A stretch of DNA of 64,000 nt from Octopus vulgaris. Lineage: Eukaryota. Below, piece by piece: positions 52,339-64,000 of this stretch (position 1 is its first letter; each line of letters starts with the position of its first letter). The DNA is taken from positions 31,806,001 through 31,870,000 of the forward strand of contig OX597833.1 in NCBI GenBank assembly GCA_951406725.2. The letters are read 5' to 3'. The translations under genes and the position numbers were made by a program. The notes beneath the pieces are model-generated. The model did no database searches. It worked only from the letters and a program-made list of their open reading frames with translations, and was not told the origin of the DNA.

Positions 52339-55300
52339 CAATTCTTTTTTATTGGCCACAAGGGCTGACACGCATGATTACATAAAGGGACAAGACAGGA
52401 CGAAAGGTTACAAAGGGTTTTGCCGTTTTTTTTTTAAAACATCGAGTAAAAATCTTTATAACAACTTATAAAATTCAACAATGAAAAACTCCCAAAAGGG
52501 GGAGACGTCTCGAAAGGTTCCTGGTGGAAAAAACCCTACAAAAGCCAACGGGAGCCTGGTCAAAAAAAGGGGGTGTAGAGAGTCCCCTTTCTTCTCCTTT
52601 TACATTACCTTTTTCTTTGAAATCACAGGCGAAACCTGAGAACTGGTCCATTTATACAGGCCAGTCTCGCACAATTCACCCACCTTTCATAAAACTTGCT
52701 ATCGGACAGCACTTTCCTCTCTAACCTCATCTTCCTTTTCAAGTGAAACTTGAAAAAGTTGATGAGGCCTTGACCAAAAAGGAAAGTGTCTGTCTTTAGC
52801 CCTTTCAAACGAGTCCACCACACCACCTCTTTCGCCACAGCCACTAGGCACAAGAAAACGGCCTCGCCCTCCTTGTTAAAGGAGGTCGGCGGGGCAATCT
52901 TCACTATGGATTCGGCCGATAGTCGGATCCGTCCTACACGTGACAGTAGCTGTTCGACATAAACCCATATTTCAGCAATACTCGGGCACTGGACGAGTGT
53001 GTGCAGAACGGTTTCATCGTCCTGGCAACACCTCGGGCAGGCCCGGCTGACGGCACTTCCGTGCCGGTAGAGTTTATCTCGAACAGGCAGAGCCCCTCGG
53101 TAGCACTGCCAGGCGAGAGATCTCTGGAAATTATCCATCGGCCCCGGCCCGAAAGTCCTCCCGAACAGACCGCTCAGTTCGTCGTCTTCAACGCCTAGAG
53201 TTTCCCCGAGAACGTCGTCGCATTTTTCCTCCACTAACCCTCTATAGAACGCTAGAGTGGAGCTGTAACCGACCGCATTGCCCGCCTGGTGGAGGGCGGA
53301 GAGGGCTTGACGGCACTCGAGGTGCCAAGCGCCCTTTCTCGGTCTACGTTTGATCCAGGTCTGCAGCTCCGTCAAAGAGACGAGCTGCGGAAAATCGCGT
53401 CTGACAAAAGACGACCACACCTGTTCACCGTCTAGGAAGCGCTTGAGATGCCGCAGCCTGAGCGCATGTCTGCGCAACAGCAACCACGGCATTCCAAGGC
53501 CTCCGTTCAGCGGTCGTTGACAGCAGATGGATCGCCTGACCAGTGGCACCTGACCCTTCCACAAAAAGTCGAAGAGCAGACGTACCAGCTTGGCCAACCA
53601 GCGGTCGGGACAAGGGACGACGGTCAAGCGGTAATAGATGACGGATGCGATGTACGCATTCGCCACCTCCGCTCGACCTTTCAGGGACAGCTTCCTCTCG
53701 GCCCATTTCTGGGTGAGACGTGCCACCCTGCTCGTCACCTCTTCCCAGTTCTTATCCACCTGGAGGTCCGGACCGAACCAGACCCCGAGCAGTTTAACGG
53801 GTCCGTCTGTCCAGCGCCCTACGACGCTGTTGGACGGCATGGGCTTGCCTCTCCAGGTGCCCAGTTGCAAGCCCACAGACTTTTCCGCGTTAATCTTTGC
53901 TCCTGTCACCGCTTCGTACTGGTTTAGCGTCTCGCCAATCAGGCCAATGTGCCTGTGGCTCGACACCACCACGGTGACGTCGTCGGCATAGGCAGACACG
54001 CTGTTTCCGCCTCCTAGATCGCGCGGGATACCCCTCAAAGCCTCCAACTTGCGCAGTAATGGCTCGAGAGTCAAAATGTACAAGAGGGAGGAGAGAGGGC
54101 ATCCTTGGCGGACCGAACGCGAGATGTCGAACGGTTCCGAAAGGTGACCGTTCACCCGTATCACCGAGCAGATGTTGCTGTATAAAGCAGCGATCCACCC
54201 GCGGAAGACTGGACCGAAGCCGGCTGCCCTGAGGACAGCTGCCAGGTACCGATGGTCGACCCTATCGAAGGCTTTACTCTGATCCAAGTTGATCAAAGCC
54301 CCACCCGCGCCAGCATCGTTACCCACCCTCTCTATGATGTAGCGCATGAGATGGAGGTTGTCGTGTATCGACCTGGTCGGCACGGCGCATGTCTGCGTCT
54401 TGCCGACCAGCTTGTCCACGACAAGCGCCAATCTCTTGGCTAGCACCTTGGCCAAAATCTTCAACTCTGCATTGAGCAGAGTGATGGGCCGGAAAGTTCC
54501 TGGTTTCTTGTATTCACTGCTGTAATCGTGTCTGTAATTGTGTCTGTGTTTGTTTGTGTCTGTGGTAGTGGCAGTAGTGGTGTCGAAAGTGTTGTTGTTG
54601 TTGTTTGTTGTTGTGAGTGTGTGTTGTTGTTGATGTTGTTGTTGATGTTGGGAAGTACTATTTGTTCGTGCTTCCCCTGTAAAACTTTTTGTTTTTTCCT
54701 CCTTTTCTTTTTTGGAGGTACTATATTCCATTCTCCTTTGTTGGAATCCGAGCTCGCACAATCCGAGATCTCTTCATCCGGCAAAGGAATGGTTGAGGGG
54801 TCTGCTTCAGTAGCAGGACGAAAAGTTTTAGGTTCCGCCGGTATCGGTGGTGCCGCTGCTCCTGTTACTGTTGATGTCGCTGCTGTCGACCTTCGAGGTA
54901 CTGGTGTCGGTGTTGGTTTGGTGGTGGTTGTCGGTGTTGGTTTGGTGGTGGTTGTTGTTGTTGGAGGTGGTGTTGTTCGTCTTGGTGCTGGTGTTGGTGA
55001 TGGTGTTGGTGGTGTGGCAGCCTTTGGTTTTTCTTGCTGTTTTTGTTGTTTCTGTTGTTGTTGCTTGTGTTGTTGTTGTTGTTGTTGTTGTTGCTGCTGC
55101 CTCTTGCGATACTCCTCCATTCTCTTTTTTTGAATGGGGCAGTCCCTTTTTAGGTGGCTTTCGCTACTGCAGAGGAAACATTTTGGCTTTCGCCCCTCTA
55201 CAATAACATTTAGCCTGGTCCCATCCAGCAAGATGACAAAGTCAGGTATGGCATTGATGTTTTCCTGCTGGATCTGTACCAGCAGTTGAATACCCATGCC

Positions 55301-56248
55301 TGACCAGTTCTTTTCTCGTACCCTCCGAACATTCAGAATAGTGGCAGTGTCCTCTATGCCATAGAGGACAGCCGCCACTAGCCATGAGATTTTCTGTTCG
55401 GGGGGTATTGTGCTTATAGTAATTTTTTTTGTACCTTACGCCCGAGGTACGTCGGGACGAGGAACAAATGTTCATTTTGCAAGGGCGAAATGGCGTTCGC
55501 CCTTGCAAGCTCCTCTGTTGGGAAGCGAACCTCCACGGTTCCAAATCGCTTCCCTCTTGTTACATAGCTCTTCTGGCCCCAAATGGGCTTCAGAGCCATC
55601 TCCAACTGTTGTGGTGTGGCGTTAAACAATCTTTTAGTTTTCTTTTCGAAGACTTTATAAAAGATTGTTCTTTTGCTTGTTTCTTGTGTGAGTTGTTGAG
55701 GTGTGTTGAGGAAAACACTGTTCCCCTCCTTTCTCAACAAATCTTGTGCCATTTTTATGTCCTCCATTGTAATTTCTACATCTTCCGAAATTTGCTTCGC
55801 AGCAGAAGCAAAATCGTTAGAAGGTTTTACAGTTTTTTGTTGGTTCTTGTCTGTGTTTGTGTCTGTTATAATTTTCTTTACCTCCCCCTTCGGTACAGCA
55901 TCACTTGTTGAAGGCAGAGGGGGAAATCAAGAGTGACGTCGAACGCGACGTCCTGGCATGCATTCTCCTTTTGAACCGAGCGCGTGCTCTCCGGTTCGGA
56001 AGGAGGAGCTTTGTTGCCTTTTACGGCCTGAAATGGGTTGTACGTGCAAAAAATGTCAATTTCAAAATATAAAACAGCAATTTCACCCCGAAGGGGCAAA
56101 ATTTTCGCCCAACCGACGAGCTCCGCAAGAAGCCGGTCGGTTTGGCTACAAAAATATTAAAAAATATTCAAGCTTATTAAAAAATTTCCAATAAAATTGG
56201 CACAAAACTCACAGAGCTGATTCACGTACGTCCATCGGCGTCGGAAGG
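52339..56248 (-). mobile_element. Tx1/L1-clade LINE copy B, internally deleted
   Basis: Same termini as copy A. Lacks the equivalent of 48598-50450 (junction 54495/54496) and the ORF1 start (junction near 56040); ORF1 is frameshifted. Confidence 0.95.
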
Positions 56249-56269
56249 AATAATAATAATAATAATAAT

Positions 56270-59200
56270 GAAATTATTGTATACAGTGCTCAGGTGCACC
56301 ACAACTTGTCAAAAGTGCATATAAAGCATATGTAGTAATGTACAAATGTCTGGAAAATGAACAGCGTATGAGTCAGATACATGCTTGCGTGTGTATGGAG
56401 GGGAGAAAATCAGGTGTAGTGTTGGCGAATCTCAGGAAGCATGGAAGTTTTGAAGGATGCAGCGCTCCGACAACTAACAACTGATGCAGGCAGGTTGTTC
56501 CATACTTTAGCAACTCTTAGCGTGAAAAAAAGTTTCCAAAAGTCATGGGAGGTGGAGTTTGAAAAGGTGCTCAGAGTTATTGTTTGTAAGATGGTTGATA
56601 ATTTTACGGGTGTCTGCCAAGTCAGCTGCCAGACGTCGGAGCTTCAATGTATCCATGCCCAGGGAAGAAAGGCGTTCAGAATATGGCAGATGCCTGATGG
56701 AGGGTATTCTCTTGGTTGCACGTCGCTGAACGGCTTCCAGACAATTAATATCCTGTGCAAGATAGGGGTTCCAGACCGGTGATGCAAATTCCAGGTGAAG
56801 TCGCACCATAGCTATATAAAGCCGCAGTTAGATAGCCGGAGGGCGGCTCGCAAAGGACTTGGTGAGTGATGTCAAGACACCCTCAGCCTTCTTGGCAATT
56901 TTAGCAACGTGTTTTGTCCAACGCAAATCACTTTCGACAATAATGCCCAGGTCACGTTCACAAGAAGACTTTTTGAGATTAGTGTTGTGGAGGGAGTAAG
57001 TAGATGCTGGGTTTTTCCTCACCAAATGCATGCTGGTACATTTGTCCACAGCCAGCTTGAGTTGCCAGTCCATGATCCACTGCTGCATTGTGTCCAGGTC
57101 TGATTGCAATAAAGATCTATAGTGTATAGGTATACTCTTTATTTCGAAGTACAGCTTGATGTGATCTGCATATTTCAGCACTGTGGCATTCTTTAAGTTG
57201 ACATCTATGTCATTAACATATGCAACAAATAAAAGGAGGCCAAGAACAGATCCTTGTGGTACACCAGATGTCATCTCATAGGGTGAGAGTGCTGTCCTAG
57301 AACTGTGAGAACCTCTTTTCAGCCAATAATGAAGGACTTCAACTAGTTATAGAGATCATCTCTTACACCCATTGCAGAGAGTTTCACCGTAAGTCTTTTG
57401 TGTGACACAGAATTAAAAGCCTTAGCAAAGTCCAGGTGAACAACTTCCACCCAGAATCCGCGATTAGTGATTCGGGTAATGTCCTCAAGTTGATTACAGC
57501 AGCTGGAATAAAACCAAATTGTGACGGCTGGATGAGGCTGTGAGACTTCCAGAAGTTCCAGAGGGTCTCTCTGATACAGGATTCCATCAGTTTGGCAATG
57601 CAGCTAGTAAGACTAACGGGACGATAGTTGACAGGCGATGTGTGGTCACCTTTTTTGAACAGAGGGATAACACTGGCAGTTTTCCACTGCTCTGGAGTAA
57701 CACCATTGTCAAGACAGAATTGAAAGAATAGTGAAAGTTGGTTTAGAAGAAAGTACCCACCACGTTTGAGAAGTAGGTATGTAACACCATCGAGACCAGG
57801 AGAGGCATAGTTACGTTTATTCTTAAGGTGGCGTTGTAGCATTGCTGGTGTAAATTTCATAGTAGTTATAGAGTCCGGTGACAGAGGTGATGGAGATGGA
57901 ACATTTTGATCTTCGACAGTAAAGATGCCTGCATAGCATCCAGCAATGATTTCTGCACATTCTTTGGGATTGCCAGTAATCTGCCCTGTGTGGGGATTGC
58001 GAAGGAGACCAACGGGAGAGTGAGGTCTCTGCTTTGAATGTATATACTTCCAGAACACTTTGCTGTCAGGGTTGGCTGCTATGCATTGTTCGAATTCAAG
58101 CACTGCCTTTTTTGTCACCTGCTTGAGATGGTTGGCTGATCTATTGCGCTTTTTCCTGTTGATCTCTGATGTGTGCAATTTGTATTCCTGTTCAGCATTA
58201 CGGCGTTCTTTCCCGGCAAGTCGGACTGCTGCAGTTTCCCAAATTGCACTATTGGGTGGATTTTGTGCTTGCGTGGCACCGATGCTGCACATGTCATCCA
58301 TATTGAATTCAGAATGTTCTGAAGTATAGTGTTTACATCTCCAGACATAAAATTCGAGCCAGTTTGGGCGTCGCAGCTTGGTACAATAAGAGCTCCAGTC
58401 TGCTTTATTCCAGTCAAAACGGGCAGTTTGAATATGGTTGTGGTTTTTGTTACAACCAATCAGAGACAAGTCGGCCGTGATCATGGAATGATCAGAGTCA
58501 CCTAAAGGTTCTTCAGTAGTGACACTAACAGTTGTTTTAGGAGACGTGGTAAATAGCAGATCCAAAGTGTTGTTACCCCTTGTGGAGGAGGTAACGACTT
58601 GGGACCAATTTGAATACCAGTTCAAGGAATTCGTCTGCACTTTGCGGCCCACGGAAGGCCTCCCAGTCAATCTCAGGGAAATTGAAGTCCCCTGCAATAT
58701 AAACATAAGTGGCTGTTTTCCTGGCAGCAGCTCTGAGGATAATTTTTTTGGGGTGGGGCGGTAAACAACTCCAAGTAGAAGTGTTGACATGGTCATGTGT
58801 ATATTGCAGAAAAATACTTTCTGTTGAGATTGAGTGCAGAATGTGCCCATGTTTCCATGACTGTGATGAAATCTGGGTCAATACTTTTGATGTAAGAGTC
58901 AAAAAGATGTACCTTGTTGCATAAACTACGGGCATTTACGGACAACAGTTTGTATCTGGATTTTAGATGGCGATGATATACAGGGGATGGCTGATTGTTC
59001 TTGTTCAGTTTCCCATGATTTTTGTATTGCCAGTTATTGTGGGTGCAGTTTGCTCAGACCAACTGATATCCCTTATCCACGACTCACCAGGCTTGATGAA
59101 TTTCCATATTTGCCCATCGTCACGTAGGCTAAAGCTTTCCTGTGGCACAGAGTTGCAATTTAGGGAAGCTACAGATTTTAGCTTTGGGCATACATCAGGT

Positions 59201-59900
59201 GGTAGGCCAGGACGTGTCCTAAAGGTAATTCTGTTTACGCACCAAGCCCTATCAGCAGCTAGATGGTATGCCCGCGCCTCGGTAGAGTTCGAAAACAACA
59301 GCCTAATCAATCTGGGTTTGGATCCTGGTCAGCCAAGGCGGAAAGCACTTTTTGGAGGAACACAGCTTAGGTCCTTAGATGTGTTGCTAGTAAATGCCTG
59401 TAGATCTACCACATCTTCCGATACTCCGATGGCAATTACCTCATGAGTGGTTGATTCAGTAACTTCCTCGATGCGTTGAGGTTCCATAAGAGCTATGGGT
59501 AAATTGCTGAGCAAGGCACTCCGATACGATCCCTCATTGTGAGGTTTTGCACACTAGTTTTGATTCCTGCTATTTTGTGGCTTAAAGCAGAAATCCTTTG
59601 TCGAATTTCCGCAACTTCTGTACTGATGGCCGATTTTTGTTGATGTTGAGAAGTATCGGGAGACAGACAGTTTAATTCTGCCATTTGTTTCTCTTTATAA
59701 TTTTCAAATAATTTTTAAAATACTTTGAAATCAAAATTGTTGCGAGTTTGTTTAAGAAAAAATCATTTACTAACAGAAAATTATGTTATTAAAATAAATT
59801 ATCTCTAACATACCTTTAAATTGTTGTGAGAAAAACATTTACTTACAGAATTATGTTATGAAAATGGATTATCTGTAACATACCTTTAAATTATTGCGGA
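56270..59900 (-). mobile_element. Degenerate near-full-length CR1-type LINE
   Basis: ORF1 remnants (coiled-coil-like 59493-59684; AFRLG..PRLIRL), IAGDFNFPEIDW, LDLLFT, LGDSDH, NYRPVSLTS, SGVPQGSVLG, KYADH, ERDLGI, LEAVQRRATK; tail ...tttc(ATT)n. Confidence 0.92.
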
Positions 59901-60108
59901 TAAAGTACTAAAACTCAAAAACTTGCCCATGAAGTGTACAATCCAAATTTCAATGTGATTGTGACCTTCTTGCTAGGGGTTACTCTTATCTCGAAAAAAC
60001 GACAGGGGTCTTTTTTGTAAGAAATAAAGAGAGAGTACGTATTGTGTCATTCTTTCAATTTTCCCGGCAAAGGAAGTTTTGCATACTTGCAGTATATGAC
60101 AACACAAA

Positions 60109-60878
60109 AGGCGGTGAGCTGGCAGAATCGTTAGCATGCCGGGTGAAATGCTTAGCAGTATTTTGTCTGCTGCTACGTTCTGAGTTCAAATTCTGCAGCG
60201 GTCGACTTTGCCTTTCATCCTTTCGGGGTCGATTAAATAAATACCAGTTACGCACTGGAGTCGATGTAATCGACTTAATACCTTTGTCTGTCCTCGTTTG
60301 TCCTCTCTGTGTTTAGCCCCTTGTGGGTAGTAAAAAAATAGGTATTTCGTCTGCCGCTACGTTCTGAGTTCGAATTCCGCCAAGGTCGACTTTGCCTTTC
60401 ATCCTTTCGGGGTTGATAAATTAAGTACGCACTGGGATCAATATAATCGACTTAGTCCGTCTGTCTGTCCTTGTTTGTCTCTTCTGAGTTTAGCCCCTTG
60501 TGGGTAGTGAAGAAATAGGTATTTCGTCTGCCGCTACGTTCTGAGTTCAAATTCTGCCGAGGTTGACTTTGCCTTTCATCCTTTCGGGGTCGATGAAATG
60601 AGTACCAGTTACGCACTGGGGTCGATATAATCGACTTAATCCGTTTGTCTGTCCTTGTTTGTTCTCTCTGTGTTTAGCCCCTTGTGGGTAGTAAAGAAAT
60701 AGAAATAGGTATTTCATCTGTCTTTAGGTTCTGAGTTCAAATTCCGCTGAGGTCGACTTTGCCTTTCTTCTTTTTGGGGTTGATAAATTAAGTACCAGTT
60801 GTGTGCTGAGATCATTGTAATCGACTGGCTCCCACCATTAAAATTTCGGGCCTTGTGCCTAGAGTAGAAAAGAAAAGA
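60109..60878 (+). mobile_element. Head-to-tail concatemer of four family-B SINE units
   Basis: One complete unit (60109-60341), then units restarting at gtatttcgtctg (about 60342, 60519 and 60709); the last unit has a different tail. Confidence 0.92.
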
Positions 60879-61315
60879 ATATATGACAACACGACAAAGA
60901 ATGGTCTCATCAAAAACCAGAAACGCTGGAAGTGGTAATAATTTAAAGGTATTTTAGAGATAATTTATCTTAATGACATAATTTTCTGTTACACAAACAC
61001 ACAAGACTCGATAGTGGAAAGTTTGGGAATTAGTGGCGGGGTGGAGGTGTAAAATATTAAAAAAAAAATTCTTTTTATTGGATAATCATATTAATTCCAT
61101 TGAGAAAACCAAGAATAAAAACAATAAAAAAGACAGTGGAAAGTTTTGGAATTAGGGGGTTAGGGCATAGAGAATATTTTTAAAAAATGGTGGGAGGGGG
61201 ATAATCATATTAATTCCGTTATGCAGAAGACAGAATCGAAAAAATTTTGTGAAAATTCTTAAAAATAAAACAGTTATGAGGGGTTTTACATGCTTCGATC
61301 AGAACTCCACCAAAA

Positions 61316-61718
61316 GGTCCTTTCAATTGAAGTTGAGCTGTAATTTTGCATGTGCACACAGTAAGAAATAACATAATTCATACTGAAATTTTACCTAGAG
61401 TATGTGTGGGGTGTGCAAAAGAAGTTATTTTTACATACTGTTCTTAATTTCAAAAGAAGAAAAAATTGAACAATACTTTCAAAATATGTATACATAAATA
61501 TTGTATTAAAATAAGTTATCTTTGCAGACCATGTTTGAAATTATCTATATAATTGAAAGCAAAGTGTGTATAAAATGAAATTAAATCCAGGTTTAGTCAC
61601 AGATCAATCAAGTTAGTAAAGTTTTAACATTTTTGTGACAACATTGTGTGTCAATACATTTTGATGAAAAAGTGAAAGAAAGAGATAAAATTACAGCTCA
61701 ACTTCAATTGAAATGCCC
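61316..61718. mobile_element. MITE-like element
   Basis: TIRs ggtcctttcaattgaagttgagctgtaattt / aaattacagctcaacttcaattgaaatgccc. Confidence 0.65.
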
Positions 61719-62520
61719 TATTTTGATTTTGTAATTTGTGTTTGTGATGAGTGTACTTAAAAACCTCATCTGCGATATAAACTAAAGAAATCATGTCGTT
61801 TAGCTGTTGTTTCTAACATGTCAGAGGTGACATTTGTGCCCCATCTTTTTTTTGTCCAAAATTTCTTCGAATTTCTAAGTTTTTGATTTAGGAGATAGGA
61901 TTTGCCAAAAAAACATGTTTTCAAAATTTTAATTTCCTCCCTCTCTACCCCAATTTTTTGTAATCCATGTAGAAAAATACAGAGATTACAAATCTTTAAG
62001 AATTTTTTTTTTTTTTGTAAAGAAACACTCAAATCCCCTTCCCCAATTTCCACCAATCACCTCTCCACTTTCAAAAAGCTAAAAACTCCAAATATTTCAC
62101 TTTTAGCTTTTTTGAAAGTGAGGAAGTTTTTTTCAGAAATAATGTTCTTTAGTTTTTGTTTCTAGCATGTTGGGTTTTCTAGTGGTGGTCTGATATTTTT
62201 GACATCTGCTATTTCAGTAGAATTCTACGTGTGCGTGAAACATCAGACAAAAGTGAAATATTCAGAGTTTTTTTGTGTTTTGAAAGTGAGGTGATGGGTG
62301 GGAGATAATTGCATGGAAAATTCAAATTATGAAAAAAATTTCCAGATTCGTAATCTCTGTATTTTTCTACATGGATTAAAAAACAAAATTGAAAAATAGT
62401 TTAAAATTAAGGAATTGGGATGGGAAAGGGGAAACGAAAATTTTGTAAACGTGATTTTTGGGCAAAATTGTAATCTCCAATATAGAAAACATAAAAATCT
62501 GACAAAAATTTGGAAAAAAA
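61610..62520. repeat. Right arm of the 0.95-kb inverted repeat
   Basis: Reverse-complement match to 45290-46240. Confidence 0.85.
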
Positions 62521-63075
62521 AATAAATAAGCGATAGTAGGTGGTGTGCATGAGCTTTACTTTTGCCAAAGAATTTACCATGATTCATTTTCAAATACTTA
62601 GATGTGATTGCAATTGAAACTGACTTGTTTGGTAATCTCCATAAATATTCATACATTAAATGTCAATAAATTAATGAAATGGGAGTTTGAATGTTACTTG
62701 ATTTGTCTGTATAAGGATAGTTTGAATATATTTTCTATTGATCATAGGTCTGTTGAATTAGAACTCTTCTATCTTGTTACACTCAATGGCTTAGCATAAC
62801 TTTGACCTCTATGGGCCAATGATGCCTGCTAGGAGTAGCAGCCAAATTTTCCTTCAAATCACACTCCATCGTCTTGAAATGGAGCAGACATTGAACAGTG
62901 TAGTAAATATACAAAAAGACAGGCAGGTCATGGATGAAACACCTTTGCAGAGACAAAGAACATCAACTTTGACAAGGTAACCCATACTTGAAAGTGTTGA
63001 GTATTCATTTTGAAAATGTGTTGCCGAATTAGTTTTCCTCTCTCTTGTTTTTAATCTGAAAATATGTATAGGTTG

Positions 63076-63300
63076 AAGGTGGCCAGCAGACAGAATTGTT
63101 AGCACGCCAGGCAAAATGCTTAGTGGCTTTTCATCTGTTTTTATGTTCTGTATTCAAATTCCGAATTCCGCTAAGGTTGACTTTGCCTCTCATCCTTTCA
63201 GAGTTGATAAAATAAGTACCAGTCAAGTGCTGGGATTCATGTAATTGACCAGCCCCATCTTCTGAAATTGCTGGACTTGTACCAAAATTTGAAACCAATA
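63076..63300 (+). mobile_element. Old family-B-related SINE
   Basis: aaggtggccagcagacagaattgttagcacgccaggc...gttgataaaataagtaccag. Confidence 0.75.
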
Positions 63301-63303
63301 TAC

Positions 63304-63760
63304 GGGTAATTCTGTATGAAATCAATGCAATTTTTTAAAAAAATCAAAGGTGACTGAAACTGATTTCTTTCAAACTTTGCATGTTAAATGATGTTCATAT
63401 AAAACCCTTAAATATGAAATATTTTTTTACCTGATTAATATTTATTGAGTTACAGCCATTTGAAATTTTCAAAAAAGTGATATTTTTTTTGGTTACTCAA
63501 TAACTTTCAGAAGTCATATCTCACTATTTGAGTTAGAAAGCCCAATTTTTTTCATTTTAAAGCATTCAAATAGATATACAACTTTTGTTTTGTGCATTTT
63601 TCCATACAATAACAATAAAAAATTTTATCTAAAATTTGATCTTTGACTTTTCATAGGTCAAAAGACGCGGTCATAGATTTTTTGGAAATTTTGTCCAAAT
63701 ATTGCCCTACTTAGTCATTACTCACATAAAATAATTCATACTGAGATCTCAATGGGAAGT
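63304..63760 (+). mobile_element. Second copy of the 27942 DNA-transposon end
   Basis: Colinear with 27942-28345 (for example gatttctttcaaactttg, ttttcataggtcaaaagac). Confidence 0.75.
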
Positions 63761-64000
63761 ATTTATAATGAATATAATTATAGTGAAAAATAATGACAAA
63801 TTATCAAGACTAAGCAAAACAATTTGAGCTTGGGGGAGAAAATAAAGAGCTGATAATCGAAATAAGCATTTTTATTATTTCAGTAATAATGTCTACTTTA
63901 ATTGTAACTACTTTTCAGATCTGCTATGGTCAATGGTGGAAATGCCACTGCCAACACTTAGAATCTTCAAACAAATTGTTGGCATCCCCATCACCTAAGA

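Overview
AT-rich eukaryotic DNA made almost entirely of (TA)n/(CA)n/(GA)n microsatellites and transposable elements. The SINE and RTE families look like those of octopus; this is recognition by eye, not a database result. No host gene is confidently identified. There are weak minus-strand exon candidates at 1-1521 and near 45 kb. The main features are: (1) a degenerate RepHel Helitron (3765-8112) tied to a near-identical 1.29-kb direct repeat; (2) several RTE-clade LINE remnants, a Penelope-like RT fragment, and Tc1/mariner, hAT, piggyBac, Merlin-like and Sola-like DNA elements; (3) many fold-back palindromes, several centred on hammerhead-ribozyme-like motifs; (4) an ORF1-only, HAL1-like retroelement (40197-42326); (5) a 13.5-kb head-to-tail train of three minus-strand LINEs joined by (ATT)n tracts, consisting of an intact Tx1/L1-clade element, a deleted mosaic copy and a decayed CR1-type element; (6) a SINE concatemer at 60.1-60.9 kb. 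The best candidate for an undescribed system is a Tx1-centred trio: the intact LINE, the ORF1-only element and one SINE family appear to share a 3' tail motif, and the LINE appears to insert into (ATT)n tracts. Most short ORFs in the supplied track are microsatellite or antisense artefacts.
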